Assembly: GCF_004010195.1 (NCBI RefSeq)
Contig: NC_057718.1
Span: 75,319,300 to 75,383,299 of the forward strand
DNA length: 64,000 bases
Direction: 5' to 3'
DNA from: Chiloscyllium plagiosum
Taxonomy: Eukaryota
Numbering within the stretch: position 1 is the first letter of the stretch; the number at the start of each line of letters is the position of its first letter. Shown in pieces: positions 1 to 12,806 of the stretch. The notes under the pieces are model-generated. The model searched no databases and was not told the DNA's origin. It saw nothing but the letters and a program-made list of their open reading frames with translations. A program made the translations under genes and the position numbers.

Positions 1-1182
1 TTTGATCAAGGATAGTCAGCATGGTTTTGTGAAGGGCAGGTCGTGCCTCACAAACCTTATTGAATTCTTTGAAAAGGTGACGAAGGAGGTTGATGAGGGG
101 AAAGCGGTAGATGTGGTATATATGGATTTTAGTAAGGCGTTTGATAAGGTTCCCCATGGTAGGCTACTGCAGAAAATACGGAGATATGGCATTGGGGGTG
201 AGTTGGAGGTTTGGATTAGGAGTTGGTTGGCTGGAAGAAGACAGAGGGTAGTAGTTGATGGCAAAGTTTCTTCATGGAGTGCCGTCACTAGCTGTGTTCC
301 GCAAGGATCTGTTTTGGGACCATTGCTGTTTGTCATTTTTATAAATGACCTGGAGGAGGGGTTAGAAAGTTGGGTGAGCAAGTTTGCGGATGATACGAAA
401 GTCGGTGGAGTTGTTGACAGTGAGGAAGGATATGTCAGGTTACAGCCAGATATAGATAAGTTGCAGAGCTGGGCAGAAAGGTGGCAAATGGAGTTCAATG
501 TAGGTAAGTGTGAGGTAATTCACTTTGGTAAGAGTAACAAAAAGACGGGGTACTGGGCTAATGGTCGGATACTTGGTAGTGTGGATGAGCAGAGGGATCT
601 TGGTGTCCATGTACACAGATCTCTGAAAGTTGCCAGTTGTATAAGACTCTGGTGCGGCCGCATCTGGAGTATTGTGTGCAGTTTTGGTCGCCATACTATA
701 GGAAAGATGTGGAGACACTGGAACGGTTGCAGAGGAGGTTTACCAGGATGTTGCCTGGTATGGTAGGAAGATCGTATGAGGAAAGGCTGAGGCACTTGGG
801 GCTGTTTTCATTGGAGAAAAGAAGGTTTAGGGGTGACTTGCTAGAGGTGTACAAAATGATTAGGGGTTTAGATAGGGTTGGCCATGAGAATCATTTTCCA
901 CGTATGGAGTCAGCTATTACGAGGGGGCATAGCTTTAAATTAAGGGGTGTCAGGTATAGGACAGATGTTAGGGGTAGATTCTTTACTCAGTGAGTTGTGA
1001 GTTCATGGAATGCCCTCCAAGTAGCAGTGGTGGACTCTCCCTCTTTATGGGCATTTAAGCGGGCATTGGATAGGCATATGGAGGATAGTGGGCTAGTGTA
1101 GGTTACGTAGGCTTGGATCGGTGCAACATCGAGGGCCAAAGGGCCTGTATTGTGCTGTATTTTTCTATGTTCTATGTTCTAT
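1..1182 (+). mobile_element. CR1-clade LINE, 3' part (RT domain and 3' UTR), runs off the window start
   Basis: ORF 2-766 has RT motifs [40 protein letters not shown]-terminus in ORF 637-993. Ends in a (TTCTATG)n tail. Confidence 0.95.
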
Positions 1183-2157
1183 ATGAAAACTCAGACTTGA
1201 GTAGAAAGGGTGAAAAGCATACAATCAAGAATCTTATTGAATCGTTTGCCAAAACCTTCTTCAAAATAATCACTACCTTACATAAAACAATTTGGCAAGC
1301 ACCAATTCATCAGTTTTTACTGTGGAGAAAGAATTGGAGGCTATGGAACATGTAGAAATAAATACTGATATCTTGAAAATAGTCCACATTACAGAAGAAG
1401 AGCTATTGGAGGTGTTAAAAAACATAAGGGTGGATAAATCTCCAAGACTTGATCAAGCATATCCTAGGAAGTTGTGGGAAGTGCAGGGCCCCTAAAACAG
1501 ATTTTTGTATCATCTACAGCCGTGGGAGAGGTGTCAGAGGATAGGAGGGTGGCTAATGTTATGCCTTTATTGAAAGAAGGCTGTAAGGAGAAGCTTGAGA
1601 ACTGTTGGCCGGTTAGTCTGACATCAGTGGTTGTTAAGTTATTGAAGGGGTTCTGACTGTTGGGGTTTATATGCATTTGGAGAGGCAAGGACAGATTAGG
1701 GATAGTCAGTGTGGCTTTGTGCATGGGAAATCATGTCTCACAAACTATTTTGATTTTTTTGAGAATGTAACCAAAAGATTAATGAGGGCAGAGTGGTAGA
1801 CATTGCCTGTATGGACTTTAGTAAAGCCTTTTGACATGGTCTACTGATTAATAGAGTAAAATCGCATGGGGTTCAGGGAGAGCTTGCAAACTGACTACAA
1901 AATTTGCTTGAAAGTAATGGTAGAAGGTTGTTTTTCGGACTGGAGGACCATGACCAGTGCTGTTCCACGGGGCTCAAGGCCGGGTCCACTGTTTTTTTTT
2001 ATATTAATGATTTGAAAGTGAATTTAAGAGATGTGGTTGGTAAGTTTGTGGATGACACCTAAATTGGTGGTATAGTTTAGAGTGAAGAAGGTTATCTAAG
2101 ATTACAAAGAGATCTTGATCATTTGGGCAATAGGAATGCCAGATGGAGTTTAATTTG

Positions 2158-2922
2158 GTGGTGTTGGGCCCTCTACTTTTTGTCATTTACATAAATGATT
2201 TGGATGCGAGCATAAGAGGTACAGTTAGTAAGTATGCAGATGACACCAAAATTGGAGGTGTAGTGGACAGTGAAGAGGTTAACCTCAGATTACAGCAGGA
2301 TTGACCAGATGGGCCAATGGGCTGAGAAATAGCAGATGGAGTTTAATTCAGATAAATGCGAGATGCTGCATTTTGGGAAAGCAAATCTTAGCAGGATTTA
2401 TACACTTAATGGTAAGGTCCTAGGGAGTGTTGCTGAACAAAGAGACCTTGATGTGCAGGTTCGTAGCTCCTTGAAAGTGGAGTCACAGGTAGATAGGATA
2501 GTGAANNNNNNNNNNNNNNNNNNNNNNNNNNNNNNNNNNNNNNNNNNNNNNNNNNNNNNNNNNNNNNNNNNNNNNNNNNNNNNNNNGATAAATAGACAAA
2601 GTCTTTTCCCTGGGGTCAGGGAGTCCAGAACTAGAGGGCATAGGTTTAAGGTGGGAGGGGAAAGATATAAAAGAGACCTAAGGGGCAACTTTTTCATGCA
2701 GAGGGTCGTACGTGTATGGAATGAGCTTCCAGAGGATGTGGTGGAGGCTGGTACAATTGCAACATTTAAGAGGCATTTGGATGGGTATATGAATAGGAAG
2801 GGTTTGGAGGGATATGGGCCGGGTGCTGGCAGGTGGGACTAGATTGGGTTGGGATATCTGGTCGGCATGGATGGGTTGGACCGATGGGTCTGTTTCCATG
2901 CTGTACATCTCTATGACTCTCT
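2158..2922 (+). mobile_element. 5'-truncated CR1 nested in the older CR1
   Basis: Starts at [20 protein letters not shown]-coding DNA and ends in a ctctatgactct tail. The host reading (MEFNL..DK..HFG) resumes afterwards. Confidence 0.9.
2506..2586. other. Assembly gap (N run)
   Basis: Run of n. Confidence 1.
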
Positions 2923-4342
2923 ATAAATGATGGTTATTGCATTTTGGTAAAGCAAACAAGGGCAGGATTTATACACTTAATTTTAGCATCCTGGATAGTG
3001 CCATTGAACAGAGAGATCTAGGGGGTTCAGGTACATAGTTATTTAATAGTTGCATCACAGGTAGAAGGATGGTAGAGAAGGTGTTCTCTACGCTTGAGTT
3101 CATTGCTCAAACTATTGAATACATGAGTTTGGATACCATGCTGAAGTTGTACAGGATGTTGGTGAGGCCACTTTTGGAGTACTGTGTACAGTTCTGCTCT
3201 CCTACTATAGGAAGGATATCATTAAATTGGAGAGGGTTCAGAAAAGATTTCCCAGGATGATTCTGGGACTGGAATGTTTGAGTTATAAGGAGAGGCTGAA
3301 TAGGCTGGGTCTTTTTCACTGGAATATAGAAGTTTGAGGGGTGATACCTTACAGAGGTTTATAAAATCATGAGAGGAATAGATAAGGTGCATAGCAAAGT
3401 TCTTTTCCTTTGGATTGGGGAGTTCAAAACCAGGGAACATGTTTTTAAGACAAGAGGAGAAAGGTTTAAAAGGTATATGAAGAACAATTTTTTCCACAAA
3501 GAGGGCCGCTCATATATGGAATGAATAGCCAGAGGAAGTAGTAGATGCAGGTGCAGTTACAACATTAAAAAAAAAATTTGGATAGGTACATGAATAGGAA
3601 GGGTTTAAAGAGGTATGGGCCATACACAGGCAACTTTTAGTTTGGGAAACTTCATCAGTATGGAGGAGTTAAACTGAAGGTTCTATTTCCATGCTGTATG
3701 ACTGCATGACTGTAAATACTAGATACACAACTTTGGTCTCATAAAGCAATAAAGTATTATAAAGCAAATGTAGACTCGTATGGGTCATGTTCCAGGTACA
3801 TATGCAGCATTTACTTTGTGATTCAATTCATAAATAACAATTTTTAGCTGCAGTTTGCAGATGTTTGGCTCACAGTAATAGCAAGTAATTAAAATTGCCA
3901 ACAAGTAGAAACTAGATTTTTTTGCTACTGAGATGAGATAATCTTATCAATCAAGACTATTGTCAATGGATTCTTCAGACACCTACATGAATATTCACAG
4001 TGAACTAGTGCAAAATAAATGAAGCAATAGAGGATCTACACATTTTATCCCTTTGTCATGGACTTCTTCACAACATTGTAGATGCATATTTTATAATTTC
4101 AGGAAATTTTAGCATCCCTGGTTATTTATTGCTCCTCCCTAATTACCATTGAGAAAAAGGCAGTAGGAATTATTCTTGAAGTGCTACAGTCCATAAGTCA
4201 GGAGGTTAATTACTTGCCATAGAATTCCTAGCCTCTGAGCTGCTCTTGTAATCATAATATTTATATCACTGATTTATTTTATTTTCTGGTCAATATTAAC
4301 CTCCAGGAAATTAATAATGGGGGATTCAGCAATAATAATGTT

Positions 4343-4670
4343 TTAGAATCCTTACAGTGTGGAAACAGGCCTTTCAGTCCAACAAGTCAACACCAACCAT
4401 CCAAAAAGTATCCCACCCAGACCCATTTCCCTTTCCATTTACCCCTAACTAATGCACCTAACCTACACATCCCTGAACACTATGGGCAATCTAGCATGGA
4501 CAATTCACCTAACCTGTACATCTTTGGATTGTGGGAGGAAACTGGAGCACCCGGAGGAAACCTACACAGACATGGGGAGAATGTGCAAACTCCATACAGA
4601 AGCTGGAATCGAATCCAGGTCCCTGGCACTGTGAGGCAACAATGCTAACCATTGAGCCAACATGCCTCCC
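4343..4670 (-). mobile_element. tRNA-derived SINE (HE1-like)
   Basis: Reverse complement of the SINE at 5954-6265, with A/B-box head and a CR1-like 3' end. Confidence 0.9.
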
Positions 4671-4894
4671 AAATATCATTGAAATTTTGGGGATGGTCAT
4701 TAAATCTTTTTTGTTGGGAATGATCATTGCTTGGCACTCAAATGACTTAAATATTACTTGCCACTTATCAGCGCAAGCCTGAATATTGTTTAGAATTTGC
4801 TGCATATGGATACAGGCTGCTTCAGTATTTCAGGAGTGCTGAAAATTATGCAAGCATGCAAATATCCTCACTTCTGCCCTTATAAGACTAGAGA

Positions 4895-6700
4895 CCATAA
4901 GAAATAGGATCAGGGTCAGATTATTCAATTCCTTGAGCCTGCTCCACCATTCAATAGGATCATGGCTGATAAAACACTCTTCACATTCACTATCCTGTCC
5001 TTTCCCTATAACTTTCATTCTCTGACTGATCAAAATTTTATCTCAGCCTTAAGTATCTGCAAGTGCTCTGTCTCAACAGTGCACTGTGCAAGGAAATACA
5101 AAGACTCATAACACAGAGAAAAGAAATTCCTCCTTAGCTCTATATAAATATTTAATTCTGAAACTATGACCTCTCATCCTAGACTTTCACAATGCTAACC
5201 ATCCTCTTAGCATTTACCTGTCAAGCCCCTGAAGAATCCTGTATATTTCAATGAGAACACTTCTCATCCTTCCAAATTCCAAGGGGTAGAGTCCCAATGT
5301 GTTTAACTTTTGCTATGCCATGAATCATCCTAGTCAACCTTCTCTGAACTGCCAATAAGTATCGTTTCTTAAATAAGGGACCAAAATTGCTCATGGTACT
5401 CCAGATGTGGTCTCACCAGCACCTTGTACAGTTGCAGTAAAACTTCAACCCCTCTTATACTTCAACCCCTTTAAATTAAGGGCCAACATCCCATTAGCCT
5501 TCCTGGTTACCAGCTGTACTAGCTTTCTGTGTTCCAATAGAAGTACCTCAAGGTCCCTTTGTGTTGCAGCTTTCTGCGGTCTTTCTTCATTTAAATACTA
5601 TCTTGTTCTTTTGTTCTCCTTTCCAAAATGAATAATTTCACAATATCTCACATTGTACTTCATTTTGCCAACTTTTGTAAGCTATCTTTCACACTCTAGG
5701 GAATCTAATCTAATCTAAACTTTACCTACTAATATCTACTTATAAACTGTGTCCCTCTTGCAATTTGCTTTTCCATCTATTTTTGTGTCATCTGTAGATT
5801 TGACTATAGTATATTCACTTCCTTCCTCCAGGTCTTTAATATATTGTAAACAGATGCAATCCCAGCATTAATCTCTGTGGATCCCCACTTGTTACAGGTC
5901 ACCAAGCTTTAAAAGAAAACTTTATCCTCACTCGCTGTTTTTAACTGCTCCTTGGGCGGCACGGTGGCACAGTAGTTAGCACTGTTGCCTCACAGCGCCA
6001 GAGACCCGGGTTCAATTCCCGCCTCAGGTGACTGACTGTGTGGAGTTTGCACATTCTCCCCGTCTCTGCGTGGGTTTCCTCCGGGTGATCCGGTTTCCTC
6101 CCACAGTCCAAAGATGTGCAGGTTAGGTGAATTGGCCATGCTAAATTGCCCGTAGTGTTAGGTAAGGGGTAAATGTAGGGGTATGGGTGGGTTGCGCTTC
6201 GGCGGTTCGGTGTGGACTTGTTGGGCCGAAGGGCCTGTTTCCACATTGTAATGTAATCTAATCTAGTCAATTCTCTATCCATGCCAATATGCTACCTCCA
6301 ATACCATGGGCTCTTTTGTGAGGTATTTTGTTGAACACTTCCTCAAAAAAATTCCAATGAATTAGTTAGACATGATTTTTCTTTCATGCAGCCATGCTGA
6401 TTCTGCTTAAATAGATTATGATTTTTAAAATGTTTTGCTATTACTTGCTTCATAATTGATTCCAATATTTTTCAACAATAGGTGTTAGGCTGATCAGTCT
6501 ATATTTATCCACTTTTTTTGTCTCACTCACTTTTTGAATGGGGTGCTACACTGGCAGGTTTACAATCCTCCAGTGTATCTCTAGAATCCAAGGAGATTTG
6601 AAAATTTACAACTAATGGATCCACTGCAGCTACCTCATTTAGGATCCTAGGATGCAAGCCATCAGGGCCAGGGGACATATGTGACTTTAGCCAGTATAAT
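4895..6700 (-). mobile_element. Degenerate CR1-type LINE (second family), interrupted by a SINE
   Basis: Minus-strand ORF 6523-6711 (SPGPDGLHPRILNEVA). 3' tail cctatttcttatgg near 4895. Similar to 43465-44850. Confidence 0.8.
5954..6265 (+). mobile_element. Full-length tRNA-derived SINE (HE1-like), young
   Basis: A box TGGCACAGTAG, B box GGGTTCAATTCC, 3' end gggccgaagggcctgtttcc shared with the CR1 3' UTR, (TAATC)n tail, many intact CpGs. Confidence 0.95.
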
Positions 6701-7287
6701 GACTGATGCAAATTATCTATTTAAATATTCTGCTGTTTCCTTGTTCCCCATAACTGTCTCTTCAAATTCATTTTCGAAGGGATTATTGTGATCGCTCTTT
6801 TCCCTTTTATATGTTTAAATACGGTCTTATTGTCAGTTTTTTACATTCCTCCCTAGATTACTTCATCATTTATTTTCTCTGTCTTTATTATATTTTTGTT
6901 CTCCTTTGCTGGATTCTGAATTTATCCCAATCTTTGGGGCTATCAATGATGTCTTTCTCCTTACATGCTTTCTCTTTTAGCTTAATACACTCCTTAATCT
7001 CCTTGGTTAGCAATGGTTTATTTATCTGTCTCTTAAAAATTTTCCTCCTAACTGGGGTATATTTTTGCTGTATTCATGAATTTCCTCCTTATGTGTCTTC
7101 CATCGCTTGGTTACTGTCTTGCCTGGTCATCGATCTGGCCAGTTCACTTTATATAACTCTATCCTCATTTCAGTGTAATTCTCCTCATTTAAGTTTCTGA
7201 TCTAAGTTTCTCGCTTTCAAACTGAATATTAAATTCTATCATGTCATGATCACTACTTCCTAGGGTCTTCTATCATAGAATTAAAGC

Positions 7288-7532
7288 ATCCCTACAGTGT
7301 TGAAGCAGGTCATTCAGCCCATACAGTCCACACTGACTTTCCGAAGAGCATATCACCTAGACCCGCCTCATCCCTGAAATCCTACACTTCCCATGGCCAA
7401 TCCTTTGGACTGTGGGAGGAAACCCACACAGACACAAGGAGAACGTGCAAACTCCACACAGTCAATCGCCCGAGAGTGGAATCCTTCACAACATGAGGCA
7501 GCAGTGCTAATCACTGAGCCATTGTGTTACCC
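7288..7532 (-). mobile_element. Degenerate, internally deleted SINE
   Basis: ggactgtgggaggaaaccc...gtgcaaactccacacag...gcagtgctaatcactgagcc matches the SINE reverse complement. Confidence 0.85.
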
Positions 7533-9027
7533 AAATCAAATAACACAAGTTTCAATTTTCCCATGCTCTTTCAAGGGAACTGCCTCAATTACATTGCCTG
7601 TGACTCTGTTAGCAATGGGATTTGAAAATCAATAGAGACCAGAGCTTAAATCCAGAGCATTAAATCACTGGGTCACAACATCAAATTTATTCTAAGGTCA
7701 TTTATTAAACCCATTACCACATCCAGGATAGTTTATTCCCTATTTTGCTTCATGACATCTTACTCTGGGAAACTATCTCTAATGCACTCTATGAATTTGT
7801 TGTTGCAGCTCCCTTTTCAAATTTGATTAATCCAATCAACATGAACATTAAAATCTCCCATAATTATTCCTCCACTCTTCTATGAGAGAGGGAACCTTAA
7901 TCGACATGTTTATCTGTAACATGCATTAAATTGAAAGTATGTGTATCTGCACAGCTTCTGCTTGCAATCAAACTAAATAACTATATATTGGATAATTAAA
8001 TCCTTGGACTATGAATCCTGAACTAATTGATTTAATTTTCAGCAAAAGCAACTGTACTCTTTAAACCTAAAAAGGCACTTATTTGAAGGACACACGTTGC
8101 TCAACATGTAAACTTTCCACCTAATTATCCTGTGTGTTATTCCTAGCTTTAATAGGTATCTAACGAGATGTAATTAGCTTTACTTTATGTTTAAGCATAA
8201 CATCTAAAGTTTGAATTTTGATTTTTTCAGATTTTAGTTGAATAAAAGAATTGGCTAACTCCACTTATATCAAGGATGCACGCTGTAGAATTTCCATTGT
8301 TCACAAACATCAAACATGCATTAATACATGCTCACTTTACATATCAAAACCTGTCAGTGTTATTCAAGACAGAATTCTTACTTCTGGGTCATGCACACAT
8401 GGAGTCAAGCTCTACTGCATAGATATGAGCACAAAATCCAGATGATGCTCTGTGCAATACTGAGGGAAACAAATTGGCAGACACATCTGTTTTTATAATT
8501 AAAAACAAAAACAATGAATGTGGGAATCTGATATAAAAACAGAAATTCACAGCAGGTCATCTGAAAGAGGAAGGTGCTGTTACCTTTTTAGGATAGGACT
8601 TGCATCAATGATACACTGGGCTGATTGCAAGTGGCATTGAGATTTCTGGAGGAGTTTTTTCTCTGCAAGACCAAACAAGTTAAATACCTACCCTGCACTA
8701 TGGTGTCCCTCTCTTCTGATTCTACCTCACTCCATTCTCAGAACAACTCATCACTCAGTGAATATTCACCAAAAGGCTGACATTCCTGATGCAACACCAT
8801 CTTCACTGTGCACCAGGTGTTGCCCCTCAAGGGCAATGTAATGACACAGCAGCCACAAAGCTGGATTGTTCATGGCACGCACCAGTTTGGCTGACACTCC
8901 CTTGTAGATACAAACTGTTTGAACACCAAGCAACACAGTTTACCTGGCCTATCTAAGTCACAAGTGCTCTGTCTCTAGTACCTATTGACAATCCACATTC
9001 TTTAAGAAAGGAACTTTGCCATTCTTG

Positions 9028-9800
9028 GAGAAAGTGAGGACTGCAGATATTGGAGAGCCAGAGTAGAAAAATGTGGTGCTGGAAAAGCACAGTAAGTCAG
9101 GCAGCATCTGAGGAGCAGGAGAGTCGATGTTGCAGGCATAAGCCCTTCATCAGGAATGTGGAAGGGTAAGGGGGCAACAGATTAATATGAGGATGAAGGT
9201 GGGGCTGCGGGGAAGGTACCTGGGAAGGCAATAGATGGATGCAAGTGGGGGGTAATTGTGATAGATTGGAGGGGAGGGTGGAGCAGATAGGTAGGAAGGA
9301 AGATGGACAGGTAGGACAGTTCATGAGGGCAAAGTTGGAGGGTTGGATCTGGGATGAGGTGGAGGGAAACTAGTGCAGTCGATGTTTATGCCATGTGGTT
9401 AAAGAGTCCTAAGGCAGAAGATGAAGCATTCTTCTTCTAGTTGGTGGGTGTCCTGGATTTGGCAGTCGAGGAGGGCCCGGACTTGCATGTCCTTGGGGGA
9501 GTGGGAGGGGGAGTTGAAGTGCTTGGCCACAGGACAGTGGGGTTGATAGGTGCATCTGTCCTGGAGATATCCCCTGAAATGCTGGGCGAGTTGGTGTCCT
9601 ATCTCCCGATGTAGAGAAGACCACATCGAGAGCAATGGACACAATAGATGAGGTGGATGGATATCCAGGAAAATCTCTGCCAGATGTGAAAACATCCTTT
9701 GGGACCTTGAACAGAGATGAGGAGGAGGGGGGGGGGGGTCAGGCTTTACACCTCATGTGGTGGCAAGGAAAGGTGCCACATATGGAGGGTGGGTTGGTAG
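9028..9800 (-). mobile_element. Penelope-like retroelement 3' remnant (GIY-YIG endonuclease end plus terminal repeat with a degenerate hammerhead)
   Basis: ORF 9399-9695 (PVAKHFNSPSHS...LEEECFIFCLRTL) resembles the PLE endonuclease C-terminus. Minus strand reads ctgatgaagggcttatgcctgcaac at about 9128-9152. Confidence 0.85.
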
Positions 9801-10270
9801 GAGCCATGGGGAGGGAAATGTTGGATGCCAAAATCCATGGTCAGGTTTCCCGTGTAGCTGGTGCCCATGGAATTTGCTCTGAGATATTGTATGGTACTAG
9901 ATAATATGGAGACTCCACCCTGCCAGAAGCAGGGTCCCCTCTCTGAATTTCATTTCGTCAATGTGAAATCACTGTGAATTTCCCAGTGCATTTTAAAGTT
10001 GATGATACCAACAAGGAGTGGAATGGCATGTGATGATGTGATGAAGGCATCAGTTCTCATTTCAAGGATTTTGGCCAGACCGTTTTCTCCTCCTCATGGG
10101 TGCTATATTTAACATGCCCCCAGCTTCAAGCAAGTCAGGGAGATTAGCAGAGGCAAGGTAGAGGAGAACAACTTGTTCATGGGAGAACGAGAGGGAGAAA
10201 AGGACTCCAACAGGAAGCTTTGACCAACTTAGGTCTTCGGAGAGCTTTCCAATTACCTCAATCTCAGTAC

Positions 10271-10475
10271 TATGTGTGTGAAATTTCCACTTAATTTAGG
10301 CTTACAGACCTCAAACCTCAGAACAGGATAAGGACCTGGGTGATAAGGACCGTATTGTAGAAGAGGAGAGTGTGAAATGGACTGGTAAGCTAGAATATGT
10401 GTGTGAAATTTCCACTTAATTTAGGCTTACAGACCTCAAACCTCAGAACAGGATAAGGACCTGGGTGATAAGGAC
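10271..10475 (+). repeat. Identical 80-bp direct repeat (10271-10350, 10396-10475) with a 45-bp spacer
   Basis: tatgtgtgtgaaatttccac...gggtgataaggac is present twice. Confidence 0.95.
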
Positions 10476-10479
10476 AATT

Positions 10480-10640
10480 CATTGGCTATCTGGTTCATAA
10501 ACCTAACATGTGAGCAGCATGTATACAATGAAAGCAAACCTGCCACATGCCATCAAACACTGAGATGCTCAAGCACTTCAGTTACTAGGGTAAGCCTTGC
10601 AGTACTTGGTAAAGTTTGTGTTCATGCTCACTTAGACCTG
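10480..10640 (+). mobile_element. Harbinger-type transposase fossil
   Basis: EQHVYNESKPAT followed by frameshifted QT.EMLK and ALQY-like pieces, resembling the HARBI1-family C-terminal motif. Highly decayed. Confidence 0.5.
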
Positions 10641-11678
10641 CAGCATTACTGTATCCTGGACAATCTGCAATGTCTGAGGACATAACCCTTACTATCCGCT
10701 ACAAGTCAACAGCTGAGGAGTAGCAAGAAGGATGAGCTCCAAGAGGAAAAAACAACAAACACCTTACCTTTCTCTATATGTTGTCAGTGATCACCATATC
10801 TGACTGCAGCATCAATGAACACAACCCAAAGCATCCATTCCATTGCAGCCCATACTTCCCTTCTCACTGGCATTGAATATAACAATGGTTTCTTGACAAA
10901 ATGCTGAATTAAAAACCACTACAAAACAGTGACTGCACACTAAATTTATCAAATAAACCATCCAAGATTCTACACAAAATTCAGGAATCACTCTTGTACA
11001 TCCCCTTAATGCCTGTTGGGTGCCTTTCTCTGGCCTTGTGCTCCTTCACAATGCTACCCCAGTGGCTGCATCAGGGTTGGCTGAAGTTGCTGACTTTGCA
11101 GGGCACTCTTGAGCATCTGAAATATGTACAATGCCAGTATTCGAACATGGTTAATCTGAGTGTGAGATCAATTGATGGCATCTCATCATCAATCTCTTGT
11201 TCCTCTCGACTTCATGTTCCAAAATTGCAGTCCAGTAAGGTGTCAGTTTTGGGTATCTGAAAGGACAAAAGCAGAGGATAGGGCTGCAGTAAAAGAGAAA
11301 GAGAACAAGAGTGTGTACCTAGACCATTTACAGTTTGTAAATCCATTGGGATTTTAAGATGGGGAGAAGTGAATAGTGAAATAGCCAATTAAGTAAGAAG
11401 AAAAACATCTCCATTTTAAGTTGCCTTGCTCTAAGTCATTTTCTTTAAAATGTACACAGCTTTTCCTTATTTACATTTTCAGTCGTGGTATCATGTTATT
11501 TTGTTATCACGAACAATTTCATTTCACATTGCAATTTCACAATGCTGCTTCAACACATGGTTTTGCAACATTTCGCATTGCTGTTAGATGTTAGTACTGT
11601 GACCTGACTGAAGCCATTCTGAATTGTTTGCAAGGAGGCGTGTCTGAAGGATTCAAGATTTAAATTCTCAGACAAATT

Positions 11679-11718
11679 TAACTTTCCAAAGTGTAACTTT
11701 CCAAGTTAACTTTCCAAA
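11679..11718 (+). repeat. Short tandem repeat, three copies of taactttccaa
   Basis: Direct reading. Confidence 0.85.
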
Positions 11719-11926
11719 TATTGACTGAAAATACTATAGTTTGAGAACTTTAGGTAGGTCAATTTTTGTCCAATGTGGACAGGAGGGTTTCCTGATGCAG
11801 TATGTGGACATGCCAACAAGGGGCGAGGTTGGATTTGGTACTGGGTAATGAACCTGGCCAAGTGTTAGATTTGGAGGTAGGTGAGCACTTTGGTGATAGT
11901 GACCACAATTCTGTTACATTTACTTT

Positions 11927-12153
11927 TGTTAAAAATCACACAACACCAGGTTATAGTCCAACAGGTTTATTTGGAAGCTTTAGTTTTCGGAGCACCGCTC
12001 CTTCATCAGATGGTTGTGGCTGCACAACCACCTGATGAAGGAGCAGCGCTCTGAAAGCTAGTGCTTTCAAATAAACCTGTTGGACAATAACCTGGTGTTG
12101 TGTGATTTTTAACTTTGTACACCCCAGTCCAACACCGATACCTCCAAATCATG
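11927..12153. mobile_element. PLE-derived fold-back mini-element with hammerhead cores in both arms
   Basis: Inverted arms of about 90 bp (11928-12018 / 12023-12113), a 40-nt unpaired tail, and an 11-bp TSD acatttacttt (11916-11926, 12154-12164). Confidence 0.9.
12029..12063 (+). ncRNA. Minimal type I hammerhead ribozyme motif
   Basis: CAC-CTGATGA-A-GGAGC-AGC-GCTCT-GAAAG-CTA^GTG: stem I CAC/GTG, intact core, stem II, palindromic AGCT at helix III, NUH = CTA. Confidence 0.75.
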
Positions 12154-12647
12154 ACATTTACTTTAGTGATGGAAAGGGATAGGTATATAATGCAGGGCAA
12201 GAGTTACAATTATGATGCGCTTAGGCAAGATTTAGGATGCATAAGATGGGGAAGGAAACTGCAGGGGATGGGCGCAATTGAAATGTAGTGCTTATTCAAG
12301 GAACAGCTACTGCATGTCTTTGATAACTAGGCACCCGTCAGGCTGGGAGGACGTGGTTGAGTCAGGGAACCGTGGTTTACGAAGGAGGTTGAATGTCTTG
12401 CCAAGAGGTAAAAGGAGGCTTATGTTAAGATGAGACGTGAAGGCTCAGTTAGGGTGCTTGAGAGTTATAAGCTAGCCAGAAAAGACCTAAAGAGAGAACG
12501 AAGAAGAGCCAGGAGAGGGAATGAGAAGTTGTTGGCGGATAAGATCAAGGAAAACCCTAAGGCTTTCTATTGGTATATCAGGAATAAACGAATGACAAGA
12601 GTAAGATTAGGGCCAATCAAGGACAGTATTGGGAAGTTGTGCATAGA

Positions 12648-12806
12648 TTAGATTAGATTACCTACAGATTAGTTTACCTACAGTGTGGAAACAGGCCCTT
12701 CGGTCCAACAAGTCCACACCGACACGCCGAAGCGCAACCCACCCATACCCCTACACTTAGCCCTTCACCTAACACTACGGGCAATTTAGCATGGCCAATT
12801 CACCTG
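12648..12806 (-). mobile_element. 5'-truncated SINE
   Basis: (GATTA)n tail and SINE 3' body. TSD ataga at 12643-12647 and 12807-12811. Confidence 0.9.

Larger units (their letters stand above)
1190..3712 (+). mobile_element. Older degenerate CR1 ORF2 fragment, interrupted by a younger CR1 at about 2158-2922
   Basis: Fragmented ORFs (DKSPRLD, PVSLTSVV, RPLLEYCVQF) with a (ATGACTG)-like tail near 3700. Confidence 0.9.

Noticed and set aside
16..498. Recurrent antisense ORFs over CR1 RT (also 59658-60044, 47925-48197)
   Set aside because: Shadow frames of LINE RT, with no independent evidence of coding.
5954..6030. SINE heads as tRNA genes
   Set aside because: A/B boxes are present but continue into the SINE body and tail, with no complete cloverleaf or terminator.
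6811..7200. 129-aa hydrophobic ORF
   Set aside because: T-rich antisense of decayed LINE DNA, with low-complexity bias.
10271..10475. CRISPR-like repeat-spacer-repeat
   Set aside because: Only two 80-bp units, vertebrate context, no cas genes.
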